64,000 nucleotides of DNA from a virus, in IMG/VR virus record IMGVR_UViG_3300045988_019695, positions 1 to 64,000 of that record; one strand, given 5' to 3'. Below are positions 51,394 through 63,355 of this stretch, one piece after another. The notes under the pieces are model-generated. The model saw only the letters and a program-made list of their open reading frames with translations, searched no databases and was not told the origin of the DNA. How positions within the stretch are numbered: position 1 is the stretch's first letter; every line of letters starts with the position of its first letter. A program made the position numbers and the translations under genes.

Positions 51394-53877
51394 TTATTTA
51401 CTTCTAGCAGCTTCTGCATTCGTTTTATTGCGTATGGCCGTGCGAGCCTTAAGTTTCTCGCGTTCATAAGCAGCATCGTCTTTAGCCTTCTACAGCTCTG
51501 TCTCATGCTTCATCTTATCCTTCTCAAGCTAAATCTTCTGATCTTCTATCTCACGCTTCTGCTTAGCTTCGTAACGCTTATTATAAGCCTCTTGATTAAT
51601 CTTCTGCTGTTCAAGAGCCTGTTTGCCAAGTTCAGCGACATCAGGTATTCCGTTATCGTTTTGATCCATATCTTCTGTTCCACGATAAGCATTAATCTGC
51701 GCTACAGCTATCTTAGTCTGATTATCTTGATCAATCTGATATCTCTGAAGATCCATCTGAGCTTCCTATAGCATAAGTTCTTGCTGCTTAGCTTCATTCT
51801 GCATCTGCTGTAACTGCTGTTGCTGTTGTGCTTCTGTCTCTTGCTGCTGTTGCTACATCTGCTCCTGTCTAGTCTACATATCCTTAAGTTTCTGCTTAAT
51901 GATATTGAAGTTGTCGTTTGTAAGAATCTCTGCGGCTTCAAGTAAGCTAGCACCATTCTGCATAGCTGGCTGTATAAGCTGCTGAAGTTTCTGTATGTTC
52001 TCAAGGTCTTTAGATGTATCACTTACGAACACATCCATGTCCTCATAGTAAAACTTAGGAGTAATGTCCAAGAATGCTCTTTCTCCATTATCAAAGATAT
52101 ACTGGAGCTTCTGTTTACCAGTCTCTTCCCAAGCACCCTTAGCTGTATTAAGGAGCATATTAAGTACTCTTCGCTTGCACTGGTTATGAACCCAGAACAA
52201 TGGTTCAGTAATATGTGAGCTCTGTACTACAGATCTTTCTACATTACCTACCATCTCAGATGAGCTTACTGCTCCTTCACGCTGCTATGTAATACCAGAT
52301 ATTGTTCCAGCCAGTTCTTCTATCTTATCCATAAGCTGTATATATTCAGCTATTACGTTAGACATTGTAAGATCCAATGCTGTTATCTGATTAAACTGAG
52401 CAGGCTTGCCACCCTCTCTTCCTGGAATATTCCATCCTTCTTCATATGGGTTAATAAAGTTAACACCAACACTAGACAGATAGTGCATCCATTTAGCTGG
52501 GCTAATATTCATAGACTTAGGAATCTATGTAATATCCATGTTTACAACCTTACCTTTATCTCTAGCGATAGCCAATTCAAGTCTGTACCATAATACAATA
52601 TACATATACTGCAATGGTTTAAGAATGCTAACCAATGATCTAGGCTTACTATTTGTATTGCTATAAATAGCACCACAATAAGGAAGTTTCTGGCTATTAG
52701 GATTATCGATGCTTACATGCTGATATTCAATAGGCTGTATACCAAAGTATAAGTCACTACCAGCCCTGTATCCTTCCCATACCTCTACAATCCAATCTGG
52801 TTCTACGCTAATCTCGTTACCAACAGGTTGATATGTCTCATCAACTATATTGATCTGAGGCTGTCCTGCATCATCTGTAGTAGTTACATAGAATATCTTT
52901 TTGAAAGACTTCCAGCAACAATGCCATACATTTACAAGAGACTTACCAGCTCCCTCGAATATAGGATTATCGTATATACGTAACTGTATACCCATATCAA
53001 CAGGACTTCTATCTCCAAGGTTTCTACCAGGAGTAGAGCCAATCATTTCTTCAAGCTTGTCAAGGTCTTTTTCTTCAAGCTTATCATAATATCTATCGTA
53101 TACTTCTGTAATAGGCATACGCATCTTTCTACAGCACCATGATCCATCTTCGATGAATTCTAAGTCTGGACTCTTATCGTAAGAGAAGTATATAGGATTA
53201 ACTCTTTCGACATACGGTTCTGCATTAAGTACGCCAACATAATAAATTTCTCTACCTGAGATCAATCCATCCTTCCATCCTTTGATAAACTCGTTATCAA
53301 GATCAAGTCTTTCTCTTAGATAGGTAAGCGTATGATACGCCGTATTTTCTACAATATCTTTGTAATCCTTATCCATGTATTTAGCTATCTATTCTGGAGG
53401 CATAACTTCACCAGACTTTAGCTATTCCTGAAACTACTGAGCTTCTTCTGGACTCATTCTAGCTGTGATAGATGCTTCTATATATTGTAGTATCATCTAC
53501 TTCTCTTTCTCCTGCATTTCTGATGTTGCCTCCTATGAAGTTCTGATAACTCTGAAGTTAAGAGGTCTTTTTGTCTCCTCGCCTATAAGCAAGTCTACTT
53601 TAGGTCTTATGATATTAAAGTCATGAGGAGTAGCAGGAAAACCATCCTCGACCTTGAATGGGTTTGTAATTGATTTAAAATCCTTCTCGTCGAAGATGCT
53701 GTTGTATAAATTATAATAGGTCTACAGCTCTCCGTAATATGATGTACTATTTCCTCCAGATGTTACGTTACCTTCACCTATAATATAGTTAACGCAATCT
53801 TCCTGCCACTTCTTTCCTTTCTTTGAAAGAGGGAGCTTTTGTCTGGGGAAAGCTGAATTGTATAAGTTATCTTCCAT
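51394..53877 (-). CDS. Portal protein (~827 aa)
   Basis: Shared frame of ORFs ending 53376, 52512, 52254, 51756; ATG 53877 (MEDNLYNSAFPRQKLPLSKKGKKWQEDCVNYIIGEGN...), TAA 51394-51396; adjacent to TerL; crAss-like portal size. Confidence 0.8.
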
Positions 53878-53880
53878 GTA

Positions 53881-55944
53881 TTAAAATGTGAATATCGGCA
53901 TACCGTCTTCACTTGTGCTGCTATCTTCTTCAAACCATTGTTTGCTAAATAACGGCATCTCGAAGAGTTCAACCTATTTGTTTTGTTCTTTTGCAGACGA
54001 CACCTTTACCTAATAGAGCTCCTCTCTGTATATCATTACCATACACAAAGCTATTACACGGTCTACATTTCGTACACCATCATTCTCTATAAGCTCTTCT
54101 ATTAGAGGTTCGCTGTATACTCTTTCTACATTAGGGTGACCTTCTTCAAACTCATCTAACAGCCACTCTAATATTAATCCTTCGCCATACGCCCTAATCT
54201 ATTTGGTCATGTGGCATCCTTTTCTTCTTTGTACTTTACTGTCTTTAAAGACTTCAGATATGATTTTATCCGGCTAATCAGCCAAGAGGTAATCGCAGTG
54301 TTTATTCGTAAAGTAAGGGTAGATTCCTTTTCTTTCATTCTCAAATAATAATCTAGCATTGTAGAATGTAAGTAGCTTACGCACATTCTCATAGTATTCT
54401 TCTGCCGTATCTGGTCTTCCAGAATACTCTGCTACTATCACATCTGTCCATGCTTCTCCAGCTCTTACTCTCTTAAATATAAATGTAGAACCAAGAGAGT
54501 TTGTAAAGCTATCGTCGTGATCATATGGGTCGCATCCTCCTATGTATAAACCAAGTGGAGGATCCTTTACTGGGTATTCCCATATAACTACAGAGCCATG
54601 AGGCTTATCTCCCTTCTTAAGAGGGTAGTTGGTTATATCCCCACTAGGCTTTTCTGTAGCCTTTACTTGGCCATTTCCATCCCATTCTAGATCAACTATA
54701 TGCTTCATGCTTTGAAGCTTCTTGTTGGTCCTTATTCTTGTTAACTGATCCATCAATAACTTTCTAGGGAATATATTCTTACCTAGCTCCAATACAGCCT
54801 CTGCTGGTCTTATAGGACGCTCTGATATAAAACGGTCTATTGATTGCTAACTAGCACCTCCGTCCTTTACTTTATTTCTCTGATCTATAAGATTCTGTAT
54901 AGCTTTCTCTTTATAGCTATTTCCATCCTTATCCATGTAAACCTAATTGCCATCATCGTCGAATGACTCTAGGTTTGAATATGCTGGAACAAAGAATGCG
55001 CATTCAGTGTTCTCTCTACCTTCGTCCCATATATTAGGAAAGCTGAGAACATTGTAAGACTTAGGCTTGTAGAATAACTCTTTCAATCCTTCAAAGCTAG
55101 CACCTTCTGTACCACCGGTACCAAATGCTATCATCAATCCGAACGCTTTACCATCATCGGTTTCTACTGAAGGCTGCTCTATACGCCATGCATCAAGAAG
55201 GCTAGGGAACTTACCTCCCTCCTCCCATAGTACAAGCTTAGCACGAGTACCACGCACACGCTCTGGGTCATTCTTAAGTGTTATACCTGTTATACTGGAC
55301 AGATATCCTTGCTCTGTCTACTTACCAAACTCATCTGTAATCTTATAACCTGATGTTCTCTCCATACGTGTAGACACAAGTCTTTGCTTAGCCCACGCTG
55401 TATGTTTATCAAGGAAGTCCATTATCTGCCAGGCTTTAGTTAACAAACCATCACCTATAAGGAATTTCTACTCTGACGCTATAGCAAAGTTCTTTGAGCC
55501 AGGTATAAGCATATAGTTTCTAACCAACATAGATCCTCCCTTAAATGAGTATCCTCTCTGTCTGCATTTAAGTACAGCCATATGTTTACCTTCAAGCTCT
55601 GCTTGTTCTATAGCGCAAAAATAATAGTAATCATAGTCCCAAAAACTAGGGAACTCAAGTATACGTTGTCTTCTCTTTCTTAGGTTACCCTCTCTATCTG
55701 TATACTCTTCTTCCTTAAGTCGCATGATTGGACTATAATTTAGATAGAAGTAGTTGTATCCGGTTATACCTTCGCCATCTGGAGCTGTATAACCATTAAG
55801 GCATCTATCTGTTTCTTGCTCCCAATATTTGTTATAATCAGTAGTACCTCTAGGAGCTAAGGTATAGCATCCATGTTGCTGAAAGAATATAGCTGCCTAT
55901 CTGAACTTATCAGTATCATGGAGCTTCTAATTAAAGTCTATCAT
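53881..55944 (-). CDS. terL: Terminase large subunit (~687 aa)
   Basis: ATG 55944; ORFs ending 55725, 55257, 54792 share a frame; HMAVLKCRQRGYSFKGGSMLVRN (ATPase A-like), ARLVLWEEGGKF (Walker B-like), YIGGCDPYDHDD and LLFENERKG nuclease-like; TAA 53881-53883. Confidence 0.85.
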
Positions 55945-55946
55945 AA

Positions 55947-56456
55947 TTATTCGTACATACCAATAACGCCACCACCCTTGACTCTACCGGTTTCTGCTTG
56001 TTCTGCCTTTGCCTACTTCATAGCCATGTCTAATGATTTGATAATACCGCTAACATCTTTCAATATTGCTGAAAGCTTCTTAGCTGTATCTATATCAAGC
56101 TCTTCTTCAGCATAGCTATCCATCGTGTTCATAATGCCCTCTGCTGCGCTCTTAGAAGATTTAAGCAAGCGGGTAGCAGGAGTCTCTTGGAACTCCTGGA
56201 ACCTTTTTGCTAATTCTTTTATAACGTCATCAGGTTTATAATTCTCATCATTAAGTACATCTTTAGCCACTCTCCATGTGCGTTCTTTCTCTGGATATGC
56301 CTCATATGGGCTATTCCATTTATATCTCCACACTATGAATTCGATCTTCTTTAATGCGTCTTGTTTATCTTTAGCATTGTTATAGAAGTCTTTAAATGGT
56401 GGTATAGCTAAATCTTCTGTACTTAACTGTATTTTATTTTGTATGATGTCAAACAT
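55947..56456 (-). CDS. Candidate small terminase subunit or related packaging protein (~169 aa)
   Basis: ORF 56013..56456 extended through TAG to TAA 55947-55949; directly upstream of terL. Confidence 0.55.
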
Positions 56457-56487
56457 TACTTAAATAATCTTTTAAGCCAGTTTATCT

Positions 56488-59400
56488 TTATGGTAGAAAG
56501 TGTTCAGTAAGATTTTTATTTCTAATTTCGTATACGGCGTCAGAACTTCCTGTTCCATGATTAATAAACCAACCAGATAACGTAGATGACAAATTAGGGC
56601 TTTCTGTATCAGATGCAGACATTACATATATACCATTATTTGTATTATTATTAAATGTTACACTATCCTACTCAATGCGTGTATATGGAATAGATCCTGA
56701 TGATGAACCAGAAGTGCCTGCAATATAATAAGTAAATGATCCAGTAGGCTTGTCAACTTTTGAAATCTTAGCCCAAGACTTATTAGTTGTAATAACATTC
56801 AATGTTCCACCAATTTCGCCAGATGGAGATTGAGATGGAATAGTCTAAACGTATACCGAGCCGGTAATAGCTACAGTTCCTTGCATATTCTTAGTACCAT
56901 TTGTAAATGATGCTTTATTATAAACCTCTACACCAAATAAATATCCATATGTAAGGAATGTGTATATTCCAACCTAATACAATATTGTGCTATTATCTAC
57001 CTTCTTATAATATGTTCCACTAACAGGAGTCTTCATTGTAGCATCCGTATAGTACTTGTTATCTTTTATGGTAAATGTTCCTACCTGACTAAAGCTTAAG
57101 TTTGTATCAGATCCTCTCTTCTGATACCATGTTTCAGTACTATCTGCTGCATTACTATTAATCCAATCTGGTTTACCATTTGTTATTCCAAGATGCCATG
57201 TTGTACCATTTATTACAAAATATATAGTTCCGTTATCAAGTACTATTTTATTAGTAGTACCACTTGTAAGAACACCAGTATTAGTAACTGTAAATGGAGC
57301 TGTATCAAGGCTATTGCCATCTAATGGGCCTGCCCAAATTCTTACATCTCCCTTGTTTATATTAGGATCTAATTTTGAGCTAGTAACATTTCTGCTAGAT
57401 GTCATACCAGCAACAATATCTTCACCATCAAATACCACTACTTCATTTGTAGATAATTCTTTAATAAAGCCTTGGTTTGCAATAATTCTCTATGCTACAA
57501 TATCTGGAGACAACGAGAATGCTGACCAATAAGAAGCAACGTCTGGATAGGTAGACCAATTGTTGTTTTCTCCAGCTTCTGTATTCACACAAGCGTAATA
57601 TACATTATTATATAATACGACGTCCTGATAGAATACACCATCTTCGTCTGACGCTCTCTTGCCATCAAGGTATTTGGTGTTTATTACATGCGAACCTCTC
57701 ATTCTCAAAGGACTTCCATTCATAGTCTAACCTGTAGAAGCATTGCCATCTTTACCAGCAGCTGAAATAGGAATAGTAATAGAGTCTATAAATGCTCCGT
57801 TGCTATTATTTATGATTATCTAAATAGTGGCAGAGCTACTTGAAACTTCTCCGGATATAGAGCAATTCCATTGGTTATTACCTTTTGTTGGAGCAGTAAC
57901 TGTAATACTAGGATTTGTACTTACGTTGCAGTTATAACCAGAAGTTTCCTATAAAGCATAATCAGCATTACCTTCTTTCTTATAGAGCTTAACAGTAAAT
58001 GTAGAAGAGATATTATATTTATTACTCTCATTGGCCTTATAATTAAGCGACATATCAGATACCTCTATCTTATATGTAACACCATTAATACCATCTACTG
58101 CTGGAGCCTTTATAATAGGAACATATTCTTTGAAATCAAGATTACCATTTTGAGCTCTAAAGTACATTCCATTTTCTCCCTATGTCTATATCTCTTTCTG
58201 TGATATAGGGTGCCAACTTGTACCTCCATCTTCAGAATACGAGAATGTCCAGTCTGATGTTTCGTTAGGGTAGATCTATGTTACCTTATTGCCATCACTC
58301 TTTGTAATGAAACAACTAATCGTACTAGGGTATAAAGAACCATCCTGATAGTTGATGGCGGAAGCATTAGTGTCAAGTCTGTACGAAACAGCATCTGTAC
58401 CAGAACCATTTACAATCCCATAGAACTGAATATCAACGTATCTAATATTAGACTGTATTGCTGTATCTGTTGGCGTAAGCTTAACTCTAAGAGTCCAATA
58501 CTTACCATCAGACATATTCAGACTACCTTCTGGAATAGTCATTGAAATTGTGTTATTATCATAGCTAAACCAAGTATTCCAGCCTGATATAGTTGAATTA
58601 TCTGAACACTTAAAACTTTCAAACTTATGGTTAAAGCTAATCTCTGTACCACTATTATATAAATGCAATCCAGCTGTACCTGAGTATTCTTTGTTTGTAC
58701 CATCGTCTAGCAAATATAAATATTTAGTCTCTCCGATTACGTCAGCAGTAATAGCATTTGACACACCATCTTTAGCATGATAAGCCCATAATGTTGGGTT
58801 GCTATACTAGTGCCAATAAGCATCTTCTGTCTCAGAGCTACTTGGATTATCATCATTTCTCTTCTTTCTTACAGACACCCATGCTGTGCCACCTTGAGGA
58901 ACTTCCTATGGATCGTCAGTCCATGTACCTTTAGATTCTTCTTTTATATACTCGTCTTTATTGAATGACTCGTGATTTGTATCAGCTTTTGATGCTGCAT
59001 TGTCATACCAATCATGTGGATTGTCTGTAGGAGCTTGCTTTGTTTGAGATATAGCAAAGATATACTCTACGCCATCTCCGTCTGTACCATTGTCTCCATA
59101 ATGAGACCAAAGAATAGGTTCTGACCAGATGCTCCATGTTTCTACATCTTTAACTCTTATTGAAACCCATTCGTTTACAAATTTCGAAGTTACACCCTGT
59201 GGGTTATCTGTCCATCCAGAAGGATTATCACCCTATGGTCTTTCGAAAGTCTGCCCTTTTACACCCTATCTATAAATGAATTCTCTATTTGACTAATCTG
59301 TTCCAGCACTAGTACCATCTTCTCCGGTAATACAAATAGGTGTAATATACTATCCATAATTACCATCAGAATCGATGAATACCTATGTCATCCATACATG

Positions 59401-60285
59401 CTGATTAGGGGCTCTATTTATGCTATGCTCAGTCCATCCTGAACCGCCTCCAGGAGCTGCGCCTGCATTTGGAGTCTAGACGCTAGTAGTGTTCTTATCT
59501 ACACATTTGAAGTAAACTTTATATCTACCACCATCTTTACCAGTACCAGAACCAGAAGAACCGCCATCAATTTTAATGACGCCATTTCCATTTGGATCAT
59601 ACAGTGTATATTGATTACCATCAATCTGGAGTTTCTTAAGCTTGTTTATCTCAGCGTATTTAGTAAGCTCATTAGCAAGCTATTCTTTAGTGACAAGTTT
59701 GCTTGTATCAATGCCACCTGAAACGATAGATACTGTGAATTCTCCACCGTTCTTCTGCTTAAGAACAAGCTGACCATTAGCAGAATTATAGTTAAATGAT
59801 TCAATGCTGTAGTCTTTACCGCCTGTTACCTTAATATTGTTTATCTCTGTTGTAAGATTATTGATCTTGTTCTGTATGTCATTCTTAATAGTATCAAGAT
59901 CAGCCTTAAGAGCATACTTACTAAGATCTGCCGTATCATTCTTAATCTTAGCTACAAGCTCATTTACATATTCTATAGTAGCATATTTAGCTAATACATT
60001 GTCACCAAAGCCCAAATCGTAAAGAATGAGCTTAACCTTCTTATCAAGGTCTTCTTCAAGCTCGTCGAGCCTCTCTTCATGTTTATCTACCATTGTCTTA
60101 ATGAGATCAACAACATCCTGGTTAGCTTTATTATCCCACTTATCTTTATCTTCTTTAGATACTGGTTCGCTGTCAGCGTTCTTATTCATCACCTTTGAAA
60201 GGAGAGACGAATACTACTGAGCAGCTTCTAAGTGACCATTATGATGACATGCACATTCATGGTCGCAATAATCAAAATCTACCAT
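56488..60285 (-). CDS. Very large tail fibre protein (~1265 aa), N-terminal DYCDHECACHHNGH motif
   Basis: Frame shared by ORFs ending 60192, 58764, 58167, 57723, 57438; ATG 60285, TAA 56488-56490; coiled coil then GKDG/GEDGT-type fibre repeats. Confidence 0.75.
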
Positions 60286-60529
60286 ATTAATTTGTTTAAA
60301 TTGTTAACAATTATAGTACTGTGGTGTCATTGAAGACCACGTCTAAAACGCCACAGTTATAGGTTAAATGAAATCGTTCTAATCTAGCGTATTACTACGC
60401 AAGCCCTAGTATATTCCACCTAGGGGTGATAAAAGTCCTACCCTGGTACGCATTTGAAAAGAGGCGTGGTAGAATCTATTGTGCTAGGCGGGGCAGCGAA
60501 CCCCGTCATGCTTTCATTAAGACCTAGCC
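60286..60529 (-). other. Structured intergenic region between two fibre genes
   Basis: Nested stem GCTAGG...CGGGG-TTCGCTG-CCCCG...CCTAGC, GCGTAGTAATACGC hairpin, and CTGTGG...CCACAG pairing; no ORF. Confidence 0.4.
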
Positions 60530-61825
60530 TTATGCAGCATCTTCTTGATGTTTAGCTTCAAGTGCTGCAATACGAGCTTCAAGTGCTGCAATCTTTTCAT
60601 AATATACAGACTTTGTAATAAACTCGCTATCATTAGTAAGCTGACTAACCTTTGTAGGAACAGTAGGAAGTTCAACCTTCTTAGCATACTCTTCAAGAGA
60701 CTGATGTTCTGTAAGGTAATTACCTTTAGGCTGTTTTGTATCAATAGCAGAATTCAGTATACCAACCTGTTCATTAAGAGCTGTTGTAAGAACATAATTA
60801 CTAAGTGCTGTAGTATCAGCTTTAGCATTTATAAGGTTCTGGAGATACGATTCCTGACCATTAGCACGCTCAACTTCTGTTCTAATAGCTTCATTGATAG
60901 CTGTTTCTGCAGTTGTAGCTCTAGATGCTTCATTCTGAATAGCGAGAGCATTATCACCTTCAACTTCCTTAGCTCTAGCAGCCTCTGCTGCAATCTCAGC
61001 CTTATTCTATGCTTCTGCTGCCTTAGCTCTTGTAATCTCTTCATTAAGGGCAACTGTAGTAGCCTTAGTAGCAATAGCATCATTAATAGCTGTATGCAGA
61101 TCATCATTACTATTAAGCTTATCTGCAATCTCCTTCAATGTATCATAAGCCTCTGGAGCTGCGCCAACTACATCAGCTATAGCTTTTCTGAATGAACCTT
61201 CAGTTGTAGAGTCACCATTAATAATATCCACCTCTGCTTTGATCTCATTCTCCTTAGCAGTAGCACGTGTTACCTCAGCATTGAGGTTATCCTTAATTGT
61301 ATTGTCGTCATTCTCACGCTTTGTAGCCTCAGCCTGTATGTCTGAAGAAAGAGCATTCTCACTAGCCTTAGCACGATTAACTTCAGCTGTAAGATCATTG
61401 CGAAGCTGAGTATCAGCGTTTACTCTTTCCTGCTTCTCTGTATCAATGTTCTACTGAAGTACATTATCTCTTTCATTTGACTCTATCTCCTTCTGATCAA
61501 TCTTATCATCAAGAGTATTATCTCCCTAGATTCTATTAGCAGTCTCTTCCTCTGCCTTTTCTTGGAATACATCAAATCTATGATTTGTAGTATCTCTAAA
61601 ATTATGGATTTCATTTACAATCTCTTCAAGGGAATCATGATTATTATCAACATTGCCCTTAAGTTCATCAAACGCCTGGATTACTGCATTAGCATCCATG
61701 ATATCACCACGTACGTACTCACCTGCATGCTCACCCATCAAGAGGTTAACTGTTCTTGTACCAACATCCTTGGCGCCATGTACCTATACACCTACCAAAG
61801 GTGTCTTAATAAATTTCTTCTTCAT
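60530..61825 (-). CDS. Coiled-coil tail fibre protein (~431 aa)
   Basis: ATG 61825 (MKKKFIKTPLVGVQVHGAKDVGTRTVNLLMGEHAGEYVRGD...), RAKAxEA heptads, TAA 60530-60532. Confidence 0.75.
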
Positions 61826-61860
61826 TATATATAATGTCTAATTTGATATGTGTCTAAACA

Positions 61861-61898
61861 GTAAAAGGGAACTACCTTTCGGTAATCCCCTTTACGTA
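61861..61898 (-). terminator. Putative intrinsic terminator
   Basis: Minus AAAGGGGATTACC-GAAA-GGTAGTTCCCTTTT: long stem, GAAA loop, T-run, downstream of the dUTPase. Confidence 0.6.
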
Positions 61899-61904
61899 AG
61901 TGAA

Positions 61905-62462
61905 TTAGGCCTATCCTTCACTTACCTCAGCACCTTCTTGTGCCGCCGCTGGCTCTGGTACGGACTCAACCTGTTCCTTAAGCTGTGACTGAGTTCCCGT
62001 AGCTGCGCTAGATTCATTCTCATTATCTGTGCCAGTAGAACCAAATCCACCCTCACCTCTCTCTGTAGGTGTAAGCTCTGAAACTTCTGTAATTTCGTAC
62101 TCTGGTACAGGAACTATGACTAACTGACAGAATCTCTCTCCCTTCTGATATACTGCAGGGATTGCATCTGTTGTTGCCTTCATGACAGCCAGGATCTCAC
62201 CTCTGTAGTCACTGTCTATCACTCCGACATTATCTGTAAGCCATAATGATTTCTTCCAAATACTAGAGCGTGGTATAAGTAAACCAACATATCCGGCAGG
62301 AATCTCAACTGCCAATCCTGTATGGTAAACCAACATTAGCTGATTTGCTTCATTAATAACTGTATCTATCTTAATGCAAGTCAAATCAATTCCTGCAGCA
62401 CCTTTTGTGCCACGAATAGGAAGGATTGCTTTATCCTCAAGTCTCTTAAATTTTAACTCCAT
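61905..62462 (-). CDS. dut: dUTPase
   Basis: GAAGIDLTC, LLIPRSSIWKKS, NVGVIDSDYRGE, KGERFCQLVIV, ERGEGGFGSTG motifs; TAA after one TAG at 61911. Confidence 0.9.
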
Positions 62463-62487
62463 AGTATTTATAATATGTTTATTATTG

Positions 62488-62512
62488 TTACCCCACTAGG
62501 ATTCGAACCCAG
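62488..62512 (-). pseudogene. Orphan tRNA 3' half (T-arm plus acceptor 3' strand)
   Basis: Minus: CTGGG-TTCGAAT-CCTAG + TGGGGTA + A; no TACCCCA 5' strand found nearby. Confidence 0.45.
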
Positions 62513-62531
62513 ACTAAACATAATCTTTTAA

Positions 62532-62939
62532 CTAGTCTATTGTAAGATTGTAGAAGTGAAGTTTTCTATGGCAATTTGCACATAGTACAACACATTTGTC
62601 AACTTCGTTTTTTATAGAAGCAACACCTTTGTCTCTACATTGGCTTCCTATGCTAAAAGACTTATCATGAAGATGATGAAAATCTAAGCAAGCTTGATCT
62701 TTTTCTCCACATATGATACAACCGTTAGATTTTAGTTGTCTCATATATTGTGTTAAAAATTTCTTATAAGATCTATGCTTTTTATATATATCATTCTTGT
62801 TCTTTTTGTAATATTCCTCATAATATTTATGTTTGCATTCCTTGCATTGAGGTGATAGGCCATCAGGTTTGCTACTATTCTTCGCAAACTGATCAAGTGG
62901 TTTTTCTATACCACATTTAGTGCATACTTTTGTTTTCAT
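62532..62939 (-). CDS. Zn-ribbon/HNH endonuclease (possible GTG start at 62960)
   Basis: MKTKVCTKCGIEKPLDQFAKNSSKPDGLSPQCKECK...CIICGEKDQACLDFHHLHDKSFSIG...VVLCANCHRKLHF. Confidence 0.85.
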   Translation of the reverse strand: MKTKVCTKCGIEKPLDQFAKNSSKPDGLSPQCKECKHKYYEEYYKKNKNDIYKKHRSYKKFLTQYMRQLKSNGCIICGEKDQACLDFHHLHDKSFSIGSQCRDKGVASIKNEVDKCVVLCANCHRKLHFYNLTID

Positions 62940-62982
62940 GTAAAAATATTTAATACGCACCTCTAACCTACGTATTTATTAG

Positions 62983-63055
62983 TAGCCCCACTCCGTGTCC
63001 ATCGGAGACCTACTGTTTTAGAGACAGTTGTGCACAGGCGGTACACCATAGGGCA
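62983..63055 (-). tRNA. Putative suppressor tRNA, anticodon CTA (decodes TAG)
   Basis: TGCCCTA TG GTGT ACCGCCTGT GCAC A ACTGT CTCTAAA ACAGT AGGT CTCCG ATGGACA CGGAG TGGGGCT A: all four arms pair (1-72 mismatch), T8, A14, T33, A37 present; 73 nt. Confidence 0.75.
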
Positions 63056-63061
63056 ATATAT

Positions 63062-63134
63062 GAGGACGCAGTGGAATCGAACCACTGTCTCTAAATCTTC
63101 AAATTTAGAAAGTTAACCATTACTACAACACCCT
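63062..63134 (-). tRNA. tRNA, isotype uncertain (GAA or TGA in an 8-nt apparent anticodon loop)
   Basis: Minus AGGGTGT...GCGTCCT acceptor, T8, GG in D-loop, AGTGG-TTCGATT-CCACT T-arm; CTAAA-TTTGAAGA-TTTAG anticodon arm. Confidence 0.65.
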
Positions 63135-63144
63135 CATTCTGTTG

Positions 63145-63216
63145 TTGCGGAGGACGGATTCGGACCGCCGACCTTTAGGTTATGAGCCTAACGAGCCACC
63201 ACTGCTCCACTCCGCG
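63145..63216 (-). tRNA. tRNA-Met(CAT), initiator-like
   Basis: CGCGGAG TG GAGC AGTGGTG GCTC G TTAGG CTCATAA CCTAA AGGTC GGCGG TCCGAAT CCGTC CTCCGCA A, with a C1xA72 mismatch typical of bacterial initiators. Confidence 0.85.
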
Positions 63217-63355
63217 ATAAGCACGTAACCTTTAGCTGGAGTTACGCAGAACCAGTATTGGGTCCATGTGTCAGCTTACCATGGTAGCCTTTTATTTATA
63301 GTGTACACACATGGATGCCACTTTATTAAACTATAAAATTTAATTCAAAAAGTCG

